Below, piece by piece: positions 1-12,704 of a stretch of 64,000 bases of DNA. This DNA is from Neoechinorhynchus agilis. Its lineage: Eukaryota; Animalia; Acanthocephala. The stretch spans positions 1,396,389 through 1,460,388 of the forward strand of contig CM121343.1 in assembly GCA_051530055.1 (NCBI GenBank). The letters run 5' to 3'. The translations under genes were made by a program, and so were the position numbers. The notes under the pieces are model-generated. The model saw nothing but the letters and a program-made list of their open reading frames with translations. It did not search any database and was not told where the DNA came from. Every line of letters starts with the position of its first letter. The stretch's first letter is position 1.

Positions 1-342
1 GCATGCTCTTGATCGAAATTTTACGCAATTGATAATAAAAATAGCACCAATAATGAAAAAACATTATAAGTCCAATACAAAACTTAAATCATAATGATGG
101 AAACGATGAAATTTTTTTTCGAAACTCAGTCATATAAACTAAAAAGAACCGCATTCTAAGCATCCAATTGCTCTTCATTATTCCCGCATTTATATTATAG
201 CGAATCGTAATTCAAGTGCCATATAGCAACCGCAAAACCTTTGCAGGGGAACATAAAATTTGTAAGATAAAAAACCGCTCAACGAATTGCAATTGTCCGT
301 TTCAAAAATTGTCAATATGGGAGGTACCGTGGAATGTGATTG

Positions 343-535
343 GAATTATTGTTTAGGTCTACACCCGGTAAATGATTTCATTTATTAAAGCCGTTCTGCG
401 AACCACGTCGGGTTCATCATCAGTTCTAAAACGCAAGTGGATGAGTAATTTTTTCGGGTGATGATCCCGACGAGGTTCGCAGAACGTCTTTAATGAATAA
501 TCATTTACCGCGGGTGTAGATCTAAATAATAATTC
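343..535. mobile_element. Short inverted-pair element (PLE pLTR-derived, hammerhead family A)
   Basis: Arm 343-423 (GAATTATTGTTTAGGTCTACACCCGGTAAATGA...GGGTTCATCATCAG) is the near reverse complement of arm 458-535. Each arm carries a CTGATGA-T-GAACC..GGTTC hammerhead-like motif with GAAA altered to GCAGAA. The same family recurs at six other loci in the window. Confidence 0.75.
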
Positions 536-552
536 TGCTTCAAAAAGCCCAT

Positions 553-3500
553 GATAAAAGGGACTTAATCACCACATACTCGGAACTTTAAATTTATGGC
601 TAAATATCCGAATACAAAACGCTCAAGGTGCTGCATTATCCGCTAAAGAAACGCCCCAGATAAAAAACGCTCAAAGAGCCGTATTACCTGTTAAAAAAAG
701 ATTCCAGATAAAAACGCTCAAAGAGTCGTATTATCAGTTTAAAAAGATTCCAGATAAAAAACGCTCAAAGAGTCGTATTATCAATTTAAAAAAGATTCCA
801 GATAAAAACGCTCAAAGAGTCGTATTATCAGTTTAAAAAAGATTCCAGATAAAAAACGCTAAAAGAGCCGTATTACGGGTTAAAAAAAGATCTCAGATAA
901 AAAACGCTAAAAGAGCAGTATTGTCCGTTAAGAAACGCCCCAGATAAAAAACGCTCAAAGAGTCGTATTATCCGTTTAAAAAAGATTCCAGATAAAAAAC
1001 GCTCAAAGAGTCGTATTATCCGTTTAAAAAAGATTCCAGATAAAGAACGCTAAAAGGGCAGTATTATCCGTTTAAAAAAGATTCCAGATAAAAACGCTTA
1101 AAGAGCCGTATTATCCGTTTAAAAAAGATTCCAGATAAAGAACGCTAAAAGAGCCGTATTACCTGTTAAAAAAGATTCCAGATAAAAACGCTTAAAGAGC
1201 CGTATTATCCGTTTAAAAAAGATTCCAGATAAAGAACGCTAAAAGAGCCGTATTACCTGTTTAAAAAGATTCCAGATAAAAACGCTCAAAAAGTCGTATT
1301 ATCCGTTTAAAAAATATCTAGACAAAATGTACTTAATCGCCACATATTCGTAACTTTAAATTCATGATTAAATATCCACATAGAAAACGCTCAAAGAGCA
1401 GTATAATCCGTTTAAAAAAGATCTCAGATAAAAAAACACTAAAAGAGCAGTATTACCAGTTTAAAAAAGATTCCAGATAAAAAACGCTCAAAGAGTCGTA
1501 TTATCCGTTTAAAAAAGATTCCAGATAAAAAACGCTATGAGAGTCGCATTATCCGTTTAAAAAAGATTATAGATAAAAAACGCTCAAAGAGTCGTATTAT
1601 CCGTTCAAAAAAGATTCCATATAAAAAACGCCTAAAGAGTCGTATTATCCGTTTAAAAAATATCTCGACAAAATGTACTTAATCGCCACATATTCGTAAC
1701 TTTAAATTTATGATTAAATATCCACATAGAAAACTCTCAAAGAGCAGTATTATCCGTTTAAAAAAGATCTCAGATAAAAAAACGCTAAAAGAGCAGTATT
1801 ATCCGTTAAAGAAACGCCCCAGATAAAAAACGCTCAAAGAGTCGCATTATCCGTTTAAAAAAGATTCCAGATAAAAAACGCCCAGAGTCGTATTATCCGT
1901 TTAAAAAAGATCTAAGATAAAAAACGCTCAGAGTCGTATTATCCGTTTAAAAAAGATTCCAGATAAAAAACGCTCAAAGAGTCGTATTATCCGTTTAAAA
2001 AAGATCTCAGATAAAGAACGCTAAGAGAGCCCTATTACCTGCTAAAAAAAGATTCCAGATAAAAACGCTCAAAGAGTCGTATTATCCGTTTAAAAAAGAT
2101 CTCAGATAAAAAAACGCTCAAAGAGTCGTATTATCCGTTTAAAAAAGATTCCAGATAAAAAACGCTAAAAGAGTCGTATTATCCGTTTAAAAAATATCTC
2201 GACAAAATGTACTTAATCGCCACATATTCGTGACTTTAAATTTATGATTAAATATCAGATACAAAACGCTCAAAGAGCCGCATTATCCGTTTAAAAAACA
2301 TCTCAGATAATAAACGTTCAAGAAGCCGCATTATCCGATTAAAAATAGCCCGATAAAAAATAGACTTAATCGCCACATATTCGTAACTTTAAATTTATGA
2401 TTAAATATCAACATAGAAAACGCTCAAAGAGCAGTATTATCCGTTTAAAAAAGATCTCAGATAAAAAACGCTAAAAGAGTCGTATTATCCGTTTAAAAAA
2501 TATCTCGACAAAATGTACTTAATCGCAACATATTCGTAACTTTAAATTTATGATTAAATACCAGATACAAAACGCTCAAAGAGCCGCATTATCCGTTTAA
2601 AAATCTCAGATAAGAAACGTTCAAGAAGCCGCATTATCCGATTAAAAATACCCCGATAAAAAATAGACTTAATCGCCACATATTCGTAACTTTAAATTTA
2701 TGGTTAAATATCCACATAGAAAACGCTCAAAGAGCAGTATTATCCGTTTAAAAAAGATCTCAGATAAAAAACGCTCAAAGAGTCGTATTATCCGTTTAAA
2801 AAAGATTCCAGATAAAAAACGCTAAGAGTCGTATTATCCGTTTAAAAAATATCTCGACAAAATGTACTTAATCGCCACATATTCGTAACTTTAAATTTAT
2901 GATTAAATACCAGATACAAAACCCTCAAAGAGCCGCATTATCCGTTTAAAAAACATCTCAGATAATAAACGTTCAAGAAGCCGCAATATCCGATTAAAAA
3001 TACCCCGATAAAAAATAGACTTAATCGCCACATATTCGTAACTTTAAATTTATGGTTAAATATCCACATAGAAAACGCTCAAAGAGCAGTATTATCCGTT
3101 TAAAAAAGATCCGATAAAACGCTAAGAGTCGTATTATCCGTTTAAAAAAGATTCCAGATAAAAAACGCTAAGAGTCGTATTATCCGTTTAAAAAATATCT
3201 CGACAAAATGTACTTAATCGCCACATATTCGTAACTTTAAATTTATGATTAAATACCAGATACAAAACGCTCAAAGAGCCGCATTATCCGTTTAAAAAAC
3301 ATCTCAGATAAGAAACGTTCAAGAAGCCGCATTATCCGATTAAAAATACCCCGATAAAAAAAAGACTTAATCGCCACATATTCGTAACTTTAAATTTATG
3401 GTTAAATATCCACATAGAAAACGCTCAAAGAGCAGTATTATCCGTTTAAAAAAGATCTCAGATAAAAAACGCTAAAAGAGTCGTATTATCCGTTTAAAAA

Positions 3501-6500
3501 ATATCTCGACAAAATGTACTTAATCGCAACATATTCGTAACTTTAAATTTATGATTAAATACCAGATACAAAACGCTCAAAGAGCCGCATTATCCGTTTA
3601 AAAAACATCTCAGATAAGAAACGTTCAAGAAGCCGCATTATCCGATTAAAAATAGCCCGATAAAAAATAGACTTAATCGCCACATATTCGTAACTTTAAA
3701 TTTATGATTAAATATCCACATAGAAAACGCTAAAAGAGTCGTATTATCCGTTTAAAAAATATCTCGACAAAATGTACTTAATCGCCACATATTCGTAACT
3801 TTAAATTTATGATTAAATACCAGATACAAAACGCTCAAAGAGCCGCATTATCCGTTTAAAAAACATCTCAGATAAGAAACGTTCAAGAAGCCGCATTATC
3901 CGATTAAAAATACCCCGATAAAAAATAGACTTAATCGCCACATATTCGTAACTTTAAATTTATGGTTAAATATCCACATAGAAAACGCTCAAAGAGCAGT
4001 ATTATCCGTTTAAAAAAGATCTCAGATAAAAAACGCTCAAAGAGTCGTATTATCCGTTTAAAAAAGATTCCAGATAAAAAACGCTAAGAGTCGTATTATC
4101 CGTTTAAAAAATATCTCGACAAAATGTACTTAATCGCCACATATTCGTAACTTTAAATTTATGATTAAATACCAGATACAAAACGCTCAAAGAGCCGCAT
4201 TATCCGTTTAAAAAACATCTCAGATAATAAACGTTCAAGAAGCCGCAATATCCGATTAAAAATACCCCGATAAAAAATAGACTTAATCGCCACATATTCG
4301 TAACTTTAAATTTATGGTTAAATATCCACATAGAAAACGCTCAAAGAGCAGTATTATCCGTTTAAAAAAGATCTCAGATAAAAAACGCTAAAAGAGTCGT
4401 ATTATCCGTTTAAAAAAGATTCCAGATAAAAAACGCTAAGAGTCGTATTATCCGTTTAAAAAATATCTCGACAAAATGTACTTAATCGCCACATATTCGT
4501 AACTTTAAATTTATGATTAAATACCAGACACAAAACCCTCAAAGAGCCGCATTATCCGTTTAAAAAACATCTCAGATAATAAACGTTCAAGAAGCCGCAT
4601 TATCCGATTAAAAATACCCCGATAAAAAATAGACTTAATCGCCACATATTCGTAACTTTAAATTTATGGTTAAATATCCACATAGAAAACGCTAAAAGAG
4701 TCGTATTATCCGTTTAAAAAATATCTCGACAAAATGTACTTAATCGCCACATATTCGTAACTTTAAATTTATGATTAAATACCAGACACAAAACCCTCAA
4801 AGAGCCGCATTATCCGTTTAAAAAACATCTCAGATAAGAAACGTTCAAGAAGCCGCATTATCCGATTAAAAATACCCCGATAAAAAATAGACTTAATCGC
4901 CACATATTCGTAACTTTAAATTTATGGTTAAATATCCACATAGAAAACGCTCAAAGAGCAGTATTATCCGTTTAAAAAAGATCTCAGATAAAAAACGCTC
5001 AAAGAGTCGTATTATCCGTTTAAAAAAGATTCCAGATAAAAAACGCTAAAAGAGTCGTATTATCCGTTTAAAAAATATCTCGACAAAATGTACTTAATCG
5101 CCACATATTCGTAACTTTAAATTTATGATTAAATACCAGACACAAAACCCTCAAAGAGCCGCATTATCCGTTTAAAAAACATCTCAGATAATAAACGTTC
5201 AAGAAGCCGCATTATCCGATTAAAAATACCCCGATAAAAAATAGACTTAATCGCCACATATTCGTAACTTTAAATTTATGGTTAAATATCCACATAGAAA
5301 ACGCTCAAAGAGCAGTATTATCCGTTTAAAAAAGATCTCAGATAAAAAACGCTAAGAGTCGTATTATCCGTTTAAAAGATTCCAGATAAAAAACGCTAAG
5401 AGTCGTATTATCCGTTTAAAAAATATCTCGACAAAATGTACTTAATCGCCACATATTCGTAACTTTAAATTTATGATTAAATACCAGATACAAAACGCTC
5501 AAAGAGCCGCATTATCCGTTTAAAAAACATCTCAGATAATAAACGTTCAAGAAGCCGCATTATCCGATTAAAAATAGCCCGATAAAAAATAGACTTAATC
5601 GCCACATATTCGTAACTTTAAATTTATGGTTAAATATCCACATAGAAAACGCTCAAAGAGCAGTATTATCCGTTTAAAAAAGATCTCAGATAAAAAACGC
5701 TAAAGAGTCGTATTATCCGTTTAAAAAATATCTCGACAAAATGTACTTAATCGCCACATATTCGTAACTTTAAATTTATGATTAAATACCAGATACAAAA
5801 CGCTCAAAGAGCCGCATTATCCGTTTAAAAAACATCTCAGATAAGAAACGTTCAAGAAGCCGCATTATCCGATTAAAAATACCCCGATAAAAAATAGACT
5901 TAATCGCCACATATTCGTAACTTTAAATTTATGGTTAAATATCCACATAGAAAACGCTCAAAGAGCAGTATTATCCGTTTAAAAAAGATCTCAGATAAAA
6001 AACGCTCAAAGAGTCGTATTATCCGTTTAAAAAAGATTCCAGATAAAAAACGCTAAGAGTCGTATTATCCGTTTAAAAAATATCTCGACAAAATGTACTT
6101 AATCGCCACATATTCGTAACTTTAAATTTATGATTAAATACCAGGCACAAAACCCTCAAAGAGCCGCATTATCCGTTTAAAAAACATCTCAGATAAGAAA
6201 CGTTCAAGAAGCCGCAATATCCGATTAAAAATAGCCCGATAAAAAAAGACTTAATCGCCACATATTCGTAACTTTAAATTTATGATTAAATACCAGATAC
6301 AAAACGCTCAAAGAGCCGCATTATCCGTTTAAATCTCAGATAAGAAACGTTCAAGAAGCCGCATTATCCGATTAAAAATACCCCGATAAAAAATGGACTT
6401 AATCGCCACATATTCGTAACTTTAAATTTATGGTTAAATATCCACATAGAAAACGCTCAAAGAGCAGTATTATCCGTTTAAAAAGTCTCAGATAAAAAAG

Positions 6501-7125
6501 CTAAGAGTCGTATTATCGTTTAAAAGATTCAGATAAAAACGCTAAGAGTCGTATTATCCGTTTAAAAAATATCTCGACAAATGTACTTAATCGCCACATA
6601 TTCGTAACTTTAAATTTATGATTAAATACAGACAAAACCTCAAAGAGCGCATTATCCGTTTAAAAAACATCTCAGATAAGAAACGTTCAAGAAGCCGCAT
6701 TATCCGATTAAAAATACCCCGATAAAAAATGGACTTAATCGCCACATATTCGTAACTTTAAATTTATGGTTAAATATCCACATAGAAAACGCTCAAAGAG
6801 CAGTATTATCCGTTTAAAAAAGATCTCAGATAAAAAACGCTCAAAGAGTCGTATTATCCGTTTAAAAAAGATTCCAGATAAAAAACGCTAAGAGTCGTAT
6901 TATCCGTTTAAAAAATATCTCGACAAAATGTACTTAATCGCCACATATTCGTAACTTTAAATTTATGATTAAATACCAGACACAAAACCCTCAAAGAGCC
7001 GCATTATCCGTTTAAAAAACATCTCAGATAAGAAACGTTCAAGAAGCCGCATTATCCGATTAAAAATGCCCCGATAAAAAATAGACTTAATCGACACATA
7101 CTCGTAACTTTAAATATGCGATTAA
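553..7125. repeat. Tandem satellite array: ~47-bp monomer plus ~58-bp linker unit forming higher-order repeats of ~258/305/352 bp
   Basis: Monomer CAGATAAAAAACGCTCAAAGAGTCGTATTATCCGTTTAAAAAAGATTC recurs at 657, 705, 751, 799, 846. Linker ACTTAATCGCCACATATTCGTAACTTTAAATTTATG enters the array from ~1330. Marker CTCGACAAAATG recurs with spacings of ~258, ~305 or ~352 bp. Confidence 0.97.
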
Positions 7126-7239
7126 ATTTTCCGTGATTAAGGCGAACCAGTAATAATTCTGAAAGAATGTTAATTTTGATATAAATATCGATCCAATTAA
7201 ACTCAAATGACGTCGTCAGTTCTGGAACCTCAATCATTG

Positions 7240-7365
7240 TTAAAGTGTTGAGGCAGGGTTACCTCCTTCGAATTATTTCAAATAAATCAAATATGTGATG
7301 ACCGGGATTATTTTCATTAAAAGTATACTTTGATTAACCCGACGGATTTTCTTTGTCGATGATAT
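7240..7365 (+). mobile_element. Degenerate 3' end of PLE family B (eroded hammerhead plus downstream tail)
   Basis: AATAAATCAAATATGTGATGACCGGGATTATTTTCATTAAAAGTATACTTTGATTAACCCGACGGATTTT resembles the sequence after the hammerhead at 54203-54295 and the reverse complement of 40960-41045. Confidence 0.5.
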
Positions 7366-8101
7366 GTTGGATTGTAACTAGTTTTGGAGCGTCGTTTCGT
7401 TGTTAAAGATAGCTATGATTGAAAATGTTGTTCTGTGTGATGTAAGATTTGCCCAGATAAACAATGACACAAATCTGAACAATAAACGAATCGCCGTGCT
7501 CTCATAGGTGAATCGCTAAAGCGATCTTTAAGTTTGTTGTTCAGTCTCCCACGCAGTACAACGAGGCAATGCTGCTAGCGTGATAGCGACAGCCGAGGAA
7601 GGAGGGGAGCTCTAATTTTACGGACGGTGGTGATTGCACGTTTTGTACTTTAAAAAAATCACTGCTCAACAAATTATAAAAATTGCGTTTTTTAAAAAAG
7701 ATCTTTAAGCAGATAAAACTCATGACACTAAAAAAATGTTAGATTCGTCAATTGACAATAATTATGTTTTGTTACTTGAGTTTGTATCGTGTCTTGGCAA
7801 TTTCTAATTTTTCTTACAATATTTTAAGCGTAAATGACCCATCCGGTATATATACGAAATCGTGTTTGAAGATTTAATTGTTCATATCCTTTTTCTACGG
7901 GACCTAATAAATTACTTCAATTTTTTCCAAAAGATTGGTAATCATTGTAGATACTTTTGAAAGTTCTCATAGTGCGGCAAAACGGTAGATAATGTTTCGG
8001 AATCTAAGAGAATTTGAAATTCTGTGTGTGCTAATCCATTTAGAAAATGGTAGATTGGAGCATAGAAGTTTATTCACTGTACCTCACAAAACAAGAATTT
8101 C

Positions 8102-9227
8102 TCAGGTAGCATTGGGGAGGGTCGAATCAGGCTTTAGTTTGTTTTTTCCACACAACGACTTGCCCTTGTTTGTTGGTTTGCAATTCGTTACTGATTTGCA
8201 AAGACAAATTTGTATAAGTCTTGTTCTATAGTAATCTGAGGCGAATACGTACAGAAATGGATTAAGGCAGTGATTGATGTAAATGAGCATTTTTGCGAAA
8301 ACTGATATATATTCTTCAATTGTGCTGGTCTCTCCTCCTTTGAGAACGGTATGTTTGAATAGAAGACATTGAGTGGGTAGCCAGCAGATAGCGAAACAGG
8401 AGATTATAGCGGATACAAGGCAGGTAATGCGACCCTTTTTAATCCTGGCCTGGTTATTTCTGGTATGTTGGATAAGAAATATAACGATGGCACTATAAAT
8501 GGCAACGATGACGAACAAGGGAATGATATATCCCAGCGTAAGGAAGCATATCCACGCGATGGAGTTCAGAGTACTGGTGTTCAGGGTGCCGATGGGAGTG
8601 CAGTAATTGATGTGATGGAACGTGATTTTTCGATAGATCCACACGAACGGGGAAGCCGCGACCACCATTGACAGCCAAGTGATAGTAATGGATAAGAATA
8701 TGACTTTCCGCGTACGGTATTTCCTTGTTTGAGTCTCAAAGACCACAATGCACAACCGGTCAATTGACATGAGAACCATGAAATAGACGGTTTTGACGAA
8801 ATCTACATCCACCTAGTGATTTCTCAAAATCGGCATATATGCTGACATAGGCAGTGAGGTGATTGAAGAAATTTGCGAATTTGCAAATGAGTTCAGGAAG
8901 TTCGTATGATTTCGCATGGTATTGGTACACGCTGTGAGGAATGCATATACATGAGAAGGTAAGATCGGTCAGAGCAAGCTGAGTTATAAGACTAGTTGTT
9001 GTAGATTGTAGCCGTTTTACCTCCTGAATAATGTACACGACTATCGCATTTTCAAGCACACTTAGTATCAACAATGCAATAAAGATGGTTGAAAATATTA
9101 AAGAGGTTTTGGCCTCCCAAGAAGTTCCATTGCTATTCAAACCTTCAGCACCATCTAAAACCGCCATTGTGTGATCGTTGCTTCCATTAAAGGTAAAACT
9201 GCGAAATCCTTCACTGTAGTCGCCCAT
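8102..9227 (-). CDS. Class A (rhodopsin-like) neuropeptide GPCR, allatostatin-A/galanin/somatostatin-receptor-like; frame interrupted in TM3
   Basis: ORF 8760-9227 gives TM1-3 (ENAIVVY, LALTDL, CKFANFF). ORF 8102-8812 gives TM3-7 (MSIDRL, CWLP, NPFLY). They are joined across a 52-nt insertion or a 34-nt GT-AG intron at 8813-8846. Confidence 0.88.
8786..8834. mobile_element. 49-bp imperfect hairpin insertion with 3-bp target-site duplication (ATA/TAT)
   Basis: Arms GACGGTTTTGACGAAATCTAC and revcomp GCCGATTTTGAGAAATCAC, flanked by ATA at 8783-8785 and 8835-8837. Removing the element plus one TSD restores the TM3 reading AYVSIYFMVLMSIDR. Confidence 0.6.
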
Positions 9228-11272
9228 TGATCAGGTCACATAATCTTTGAGAACATCTGAAGATTGTGCCCAAGTGTTGCAAACTCCACACTAATCATTT
9301 GCGATTATATACCGGAAAAGCAAGTCTTTGTGTATCCATAATTAATGAAAAACTACTTTCAAAAATATGACAAGAATAAAGAATGTATCATCGAGAGGAA
9401 ATCCTCCGGGATGATAGAGTTGGAGATGTGGTTGTGTGATTATGATTCCCACCCCCGGGTGCACGCGTGTAAACTTTTTCGCTCCTATATAACTAAAATG
9501 ATTTCGAAAATAGTACTCCTTGGATTTACGTTGTATTTATTTACCACTTATCCACCGGTCGCTGGGTTCCACGGGTGTGCGAGGTTGCTGGAAGGGTGGG
9601 GGTCAGGTTTGAGATCACCCATCGGCCCCAAAAAGTGGGCTGGCCCTGGCCCTTCGAGTGCGGCTAAGCGCCTACGATGTGTGCAAGTCAGCCGAAAGGC
9701 TCCCAAAAAAAGGAATATAACCGAAAGGCTAAAAAGATGTCGCAAGACCAATCAATCTGAAGAACATAACCATGCGTATGTCTGACTGTAAGGATAAATC
9801 AACATAAAGTAAAAAATCACTTAAAGTAGTAGTGCAATCGTATTTCTGTATGAACATATCAAATTTTGCCCATCTTGTGGCGCTTAAGGCATAAATGGAA
9901 ATAAATTACACAAATAACTTCAAAATTGTAATACAAAGAATCCAACGGGAAATAGCTAACAATGTTAATGAAATTTAAAAGACAACACATATTTTACGCT
10001 ACCACGGGCGATGTTTGTTTTTCCGTTGATATGAAATTCATTTTTATTGAAGGGAATTTGTAGGAAAGCAAAACAATTCTATTCATGGTAGGAAAAGGCA
10101 CTTTCATATTTGGTAGAGTCACGCTTCCCAGGTAAAATCTTTGTTGTAGCAACAGGATGAAATTAGGAGCAAGAAGCTTTTGACTAGATCTTGGAAACTT
10201 GGGAATAAACGCCCATGTTCCGCGTTAGTAGACAATGACTATAATCAACGCAGTAAAATCTCGAGCATTCTACGATTCCAAGTACCATTATGTTGTTTAG
10301 ATGCGATGTATATATTCATTGAAATATGATCAAGAGTAGAAACACAACTTTGAGTCTCACGTCGTGTTAATGAAACTTAATGCATCTCCAAAGTAGCTAT
10401 TCATATATCATTGTTGCTTGTCATAACTAATAAGATGTAAAAAGGTGAACGCTAAAAGGAAAAAATCCCAGTTGATCAATACCGTAATTATAGTTTAATG
10501 GAAGCAAATGGCAGTTACATATCCATAAATGGCTTTAATGCGTTTAAAAAAATGGAGAAAACCTTGCCGTTTAAAAAGAATAATAGTAACTAGGATCAGG
10601 GATTCACTTTATTCCAAAAACGCTCGATTTTATCTTACAGACATGGTAAAAGTCTTAAAATCATCGTCTTTGCTGACAGTACAAGGAAAACTCAATTGAA
10701 AATCTTAAACCTTCCAGTCTACTACTTGCGCGTACGTGCCGGAAGGGATGCTTTTGGTTAGATCTATCAAAACTAAAATCTAATTCGTTATAGTTAGAAG
10801 CCAAATATAACGACAAACCATTTCCTGCCATGTAAAGTTATCAAATTCGTTAATCACACGATTGACGGTACATCAGCGGAAGTGGACGCCTAAAGAGACG
10901 TGCAAAAGCACTCAATTGAATATTGTATTCGCCGCCTACTGCTTTTTGAAACTTGTTAGTCAGCTTCTACGACGATTATATATTATTTGAAGGAAATAAT
11001 TGTGTTATGTCTTTCCTGTTACGTATTTAATTAAATAAGTGATTTTATTTTTACTCAAAAATTTTCAGGAATATCTTGGGTTTTCTTTATTGTCTTTATG
11101 GCGTCCGTAAACGATAAATTTTCAAATACAATTCAGCGATCGGGTCTATGACCGACTCCGTTGGACGGCATTTGCCTATGGTCTTCAACCAACAAAATTA
11201 GATAATTGTAAAGATGTTATCCACGGATTGTTTTTGGTCAGGTGAAATAAAAAATAATTTAATTTTTATTAA

Positions 11273-11372
11273 AATGTCGATATGTGAGGAGAGAACGTAG
11301 TGCATGATTAGAACTGTTATTTAAGTCTTCATCGGGTAAATAATTTTTATTAAAGACGTTTCGAACTTCGTC
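11273..11372 (-). mobile_element. Single arm of hammerhead family A element
   Basis: AATGTCGATATGTGAGG...GGTAAATAATTTTTATTAAAGACGTTTCGAAC matches the reverse complement of 20490-20580. Confidence 0.6.
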
Positions 11373-11868
11373 AGGAGTCTGGCGGTCCAGCGTCCGGATG
11401 ACATGTGAAGGAAATTAATAAAACTAATCCTTTTTAAAAAAATTCACTGATTAATTTCCCCGATATTTCACGTCGGATAATTCTGACATTTTCCCAAGAT
11501 TTATCATTGCTTGTAAGTCTTTAAATAATAAATTAGTAAATTTTTGAATCCGGGAAGGGATGCCAAAACTAAGAAAAAGAAAGTATTTTTTTCATTTGTC
11601 TTTATTTGACCTGGCCAAAACCAAAAATGAGATAATCCAGTTAGAATTATCCTGAAGATCTAAGTGCCAAAGCCTAGCAACCAATATGCCACCAGCCAAC
11701 TTGTCACCGATGATGCCGCCTCTGCGGACACTTCAGCCATACGTACGGCCTATAATGCGTATAACCTTTCGAGCGTCATTTCATCCATAAACGAGCGCAC
11801 GCGCGGACGCGGTCAACTGCCAATACTAGCGCTCGTCAGCTGTCGATTAAAATTCGGACTTCTTTACA

Positions 11869-12444
11869 ATGCCACATAGTACGTCTCCGGCTATCCTCGA
11901 GAAGGAGAATTTACCCGTGAGGAGCTTGTCCTCGTTTATTAAATTTACGGGGCAATCTAAGTTCACTCAATCAGATAGGCAGCTTGAACCATTCAGTGAC
12001 AGGACGAAGCAGGAGAAGGGATTAGTTGCTGAAGCCAAAAAAGGATTCAAGTCGCCGAAGCTTGGGCGACTCATTAGAACCAGTTTTAGTAAGCTCACAA
12101 TCTCATCGCCAAATCCATTTAAGCACAAGGAACCTTCTACTGCCCCTGCTATTATCGAAGATTTCAGCCCTTGTATCGTCGGTCAAGATATTGTTGAAGT
12201 ATCTTCCCCCACTCATGCAGTTATGGGGCCTTCGTCGTCTTTTGAAGAAACAATCAATAATACTGGCTTCTTTAGACGGCTGATTAGTCGGCGACCAACA
12301 AACAAATGGACGCTATTTCCTGTCGTGAGTCCATGCGAACCGGACACAGAAGTGTACTCTCGGTGTGACTTCACCCAGAATGATGAGGGTGTCAGTTCTT
12401 CGGATGCTGCATTTAAACTTGATAAGCGATCCGCATTGGATTGA
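11869..12444 (+). CDS. Uncharacterised 191-aa ORF (Ser/Pro/Lys-rich, no recognised domain)
   Basis: ATG-initiated open frame in locally GC-richer DNA; no motif recognised; overlapping antisense ORF present. Confidence 0.3.
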   Translation: MPHSTSPAILEKENLPVRSLSSFIKFTGQSKFTQSDRQLEPFSDRTKQEKGLVAEAKKGFKSPKLGRLIRTSFSKLTISSPNPFKHKEPSTAPAIIEDFSPCIVGQDIVEVSSPTHAVMGPSSSFEETINNTGFFRRLISRRPTNKWTLFPVVSPCEPDTEVYSRCDFTQNDEGVSSSDAAFKLDKRSALD

Positions 12445-12704
12445 ATTTCATCAATAAAGATTATGCGACAGTCTCGTGGGAATTCAATAAGAAGAGTTCG
12501 AAAAACATCCACACCACCGCTCTGGATCACTCGGTTGCCGTCCTGATGTAACGGTCGAACGGAAGGATGCAGCGCTTCCCCGGTGCACAGCCAGGCTTGT
12601 TATGTAGCATTGCTTTAGTTTCGATGTAATTTTGATTAGCTGGAATCCAACACTTTTATTGGTCTTCAGACCTATAAGTGAGGCGGTACCGGGTTATGTA
12701 ATTA

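Noticed and set aside
6480-6660. Locally shortened satellite variants as a distinct subfamily
   Set aside because: Differences are almost all single-base losses in homopolymers, typical of a low-quality long-read consensus.
553-7125. CRISPR-like array (repeat units alternating with a different unit)
   Set aside because: The intervening units are themselves repeated, there are no unique spacers or cas genes, and the context is eukaryotic.
9596-9620. RNase P/MRP or SRP RNA gene
   Set aside because: Only a loose CR-I-like match, no P4 partner strand and no SRP helix 8 consensus; kept only as a low-interest unknown.
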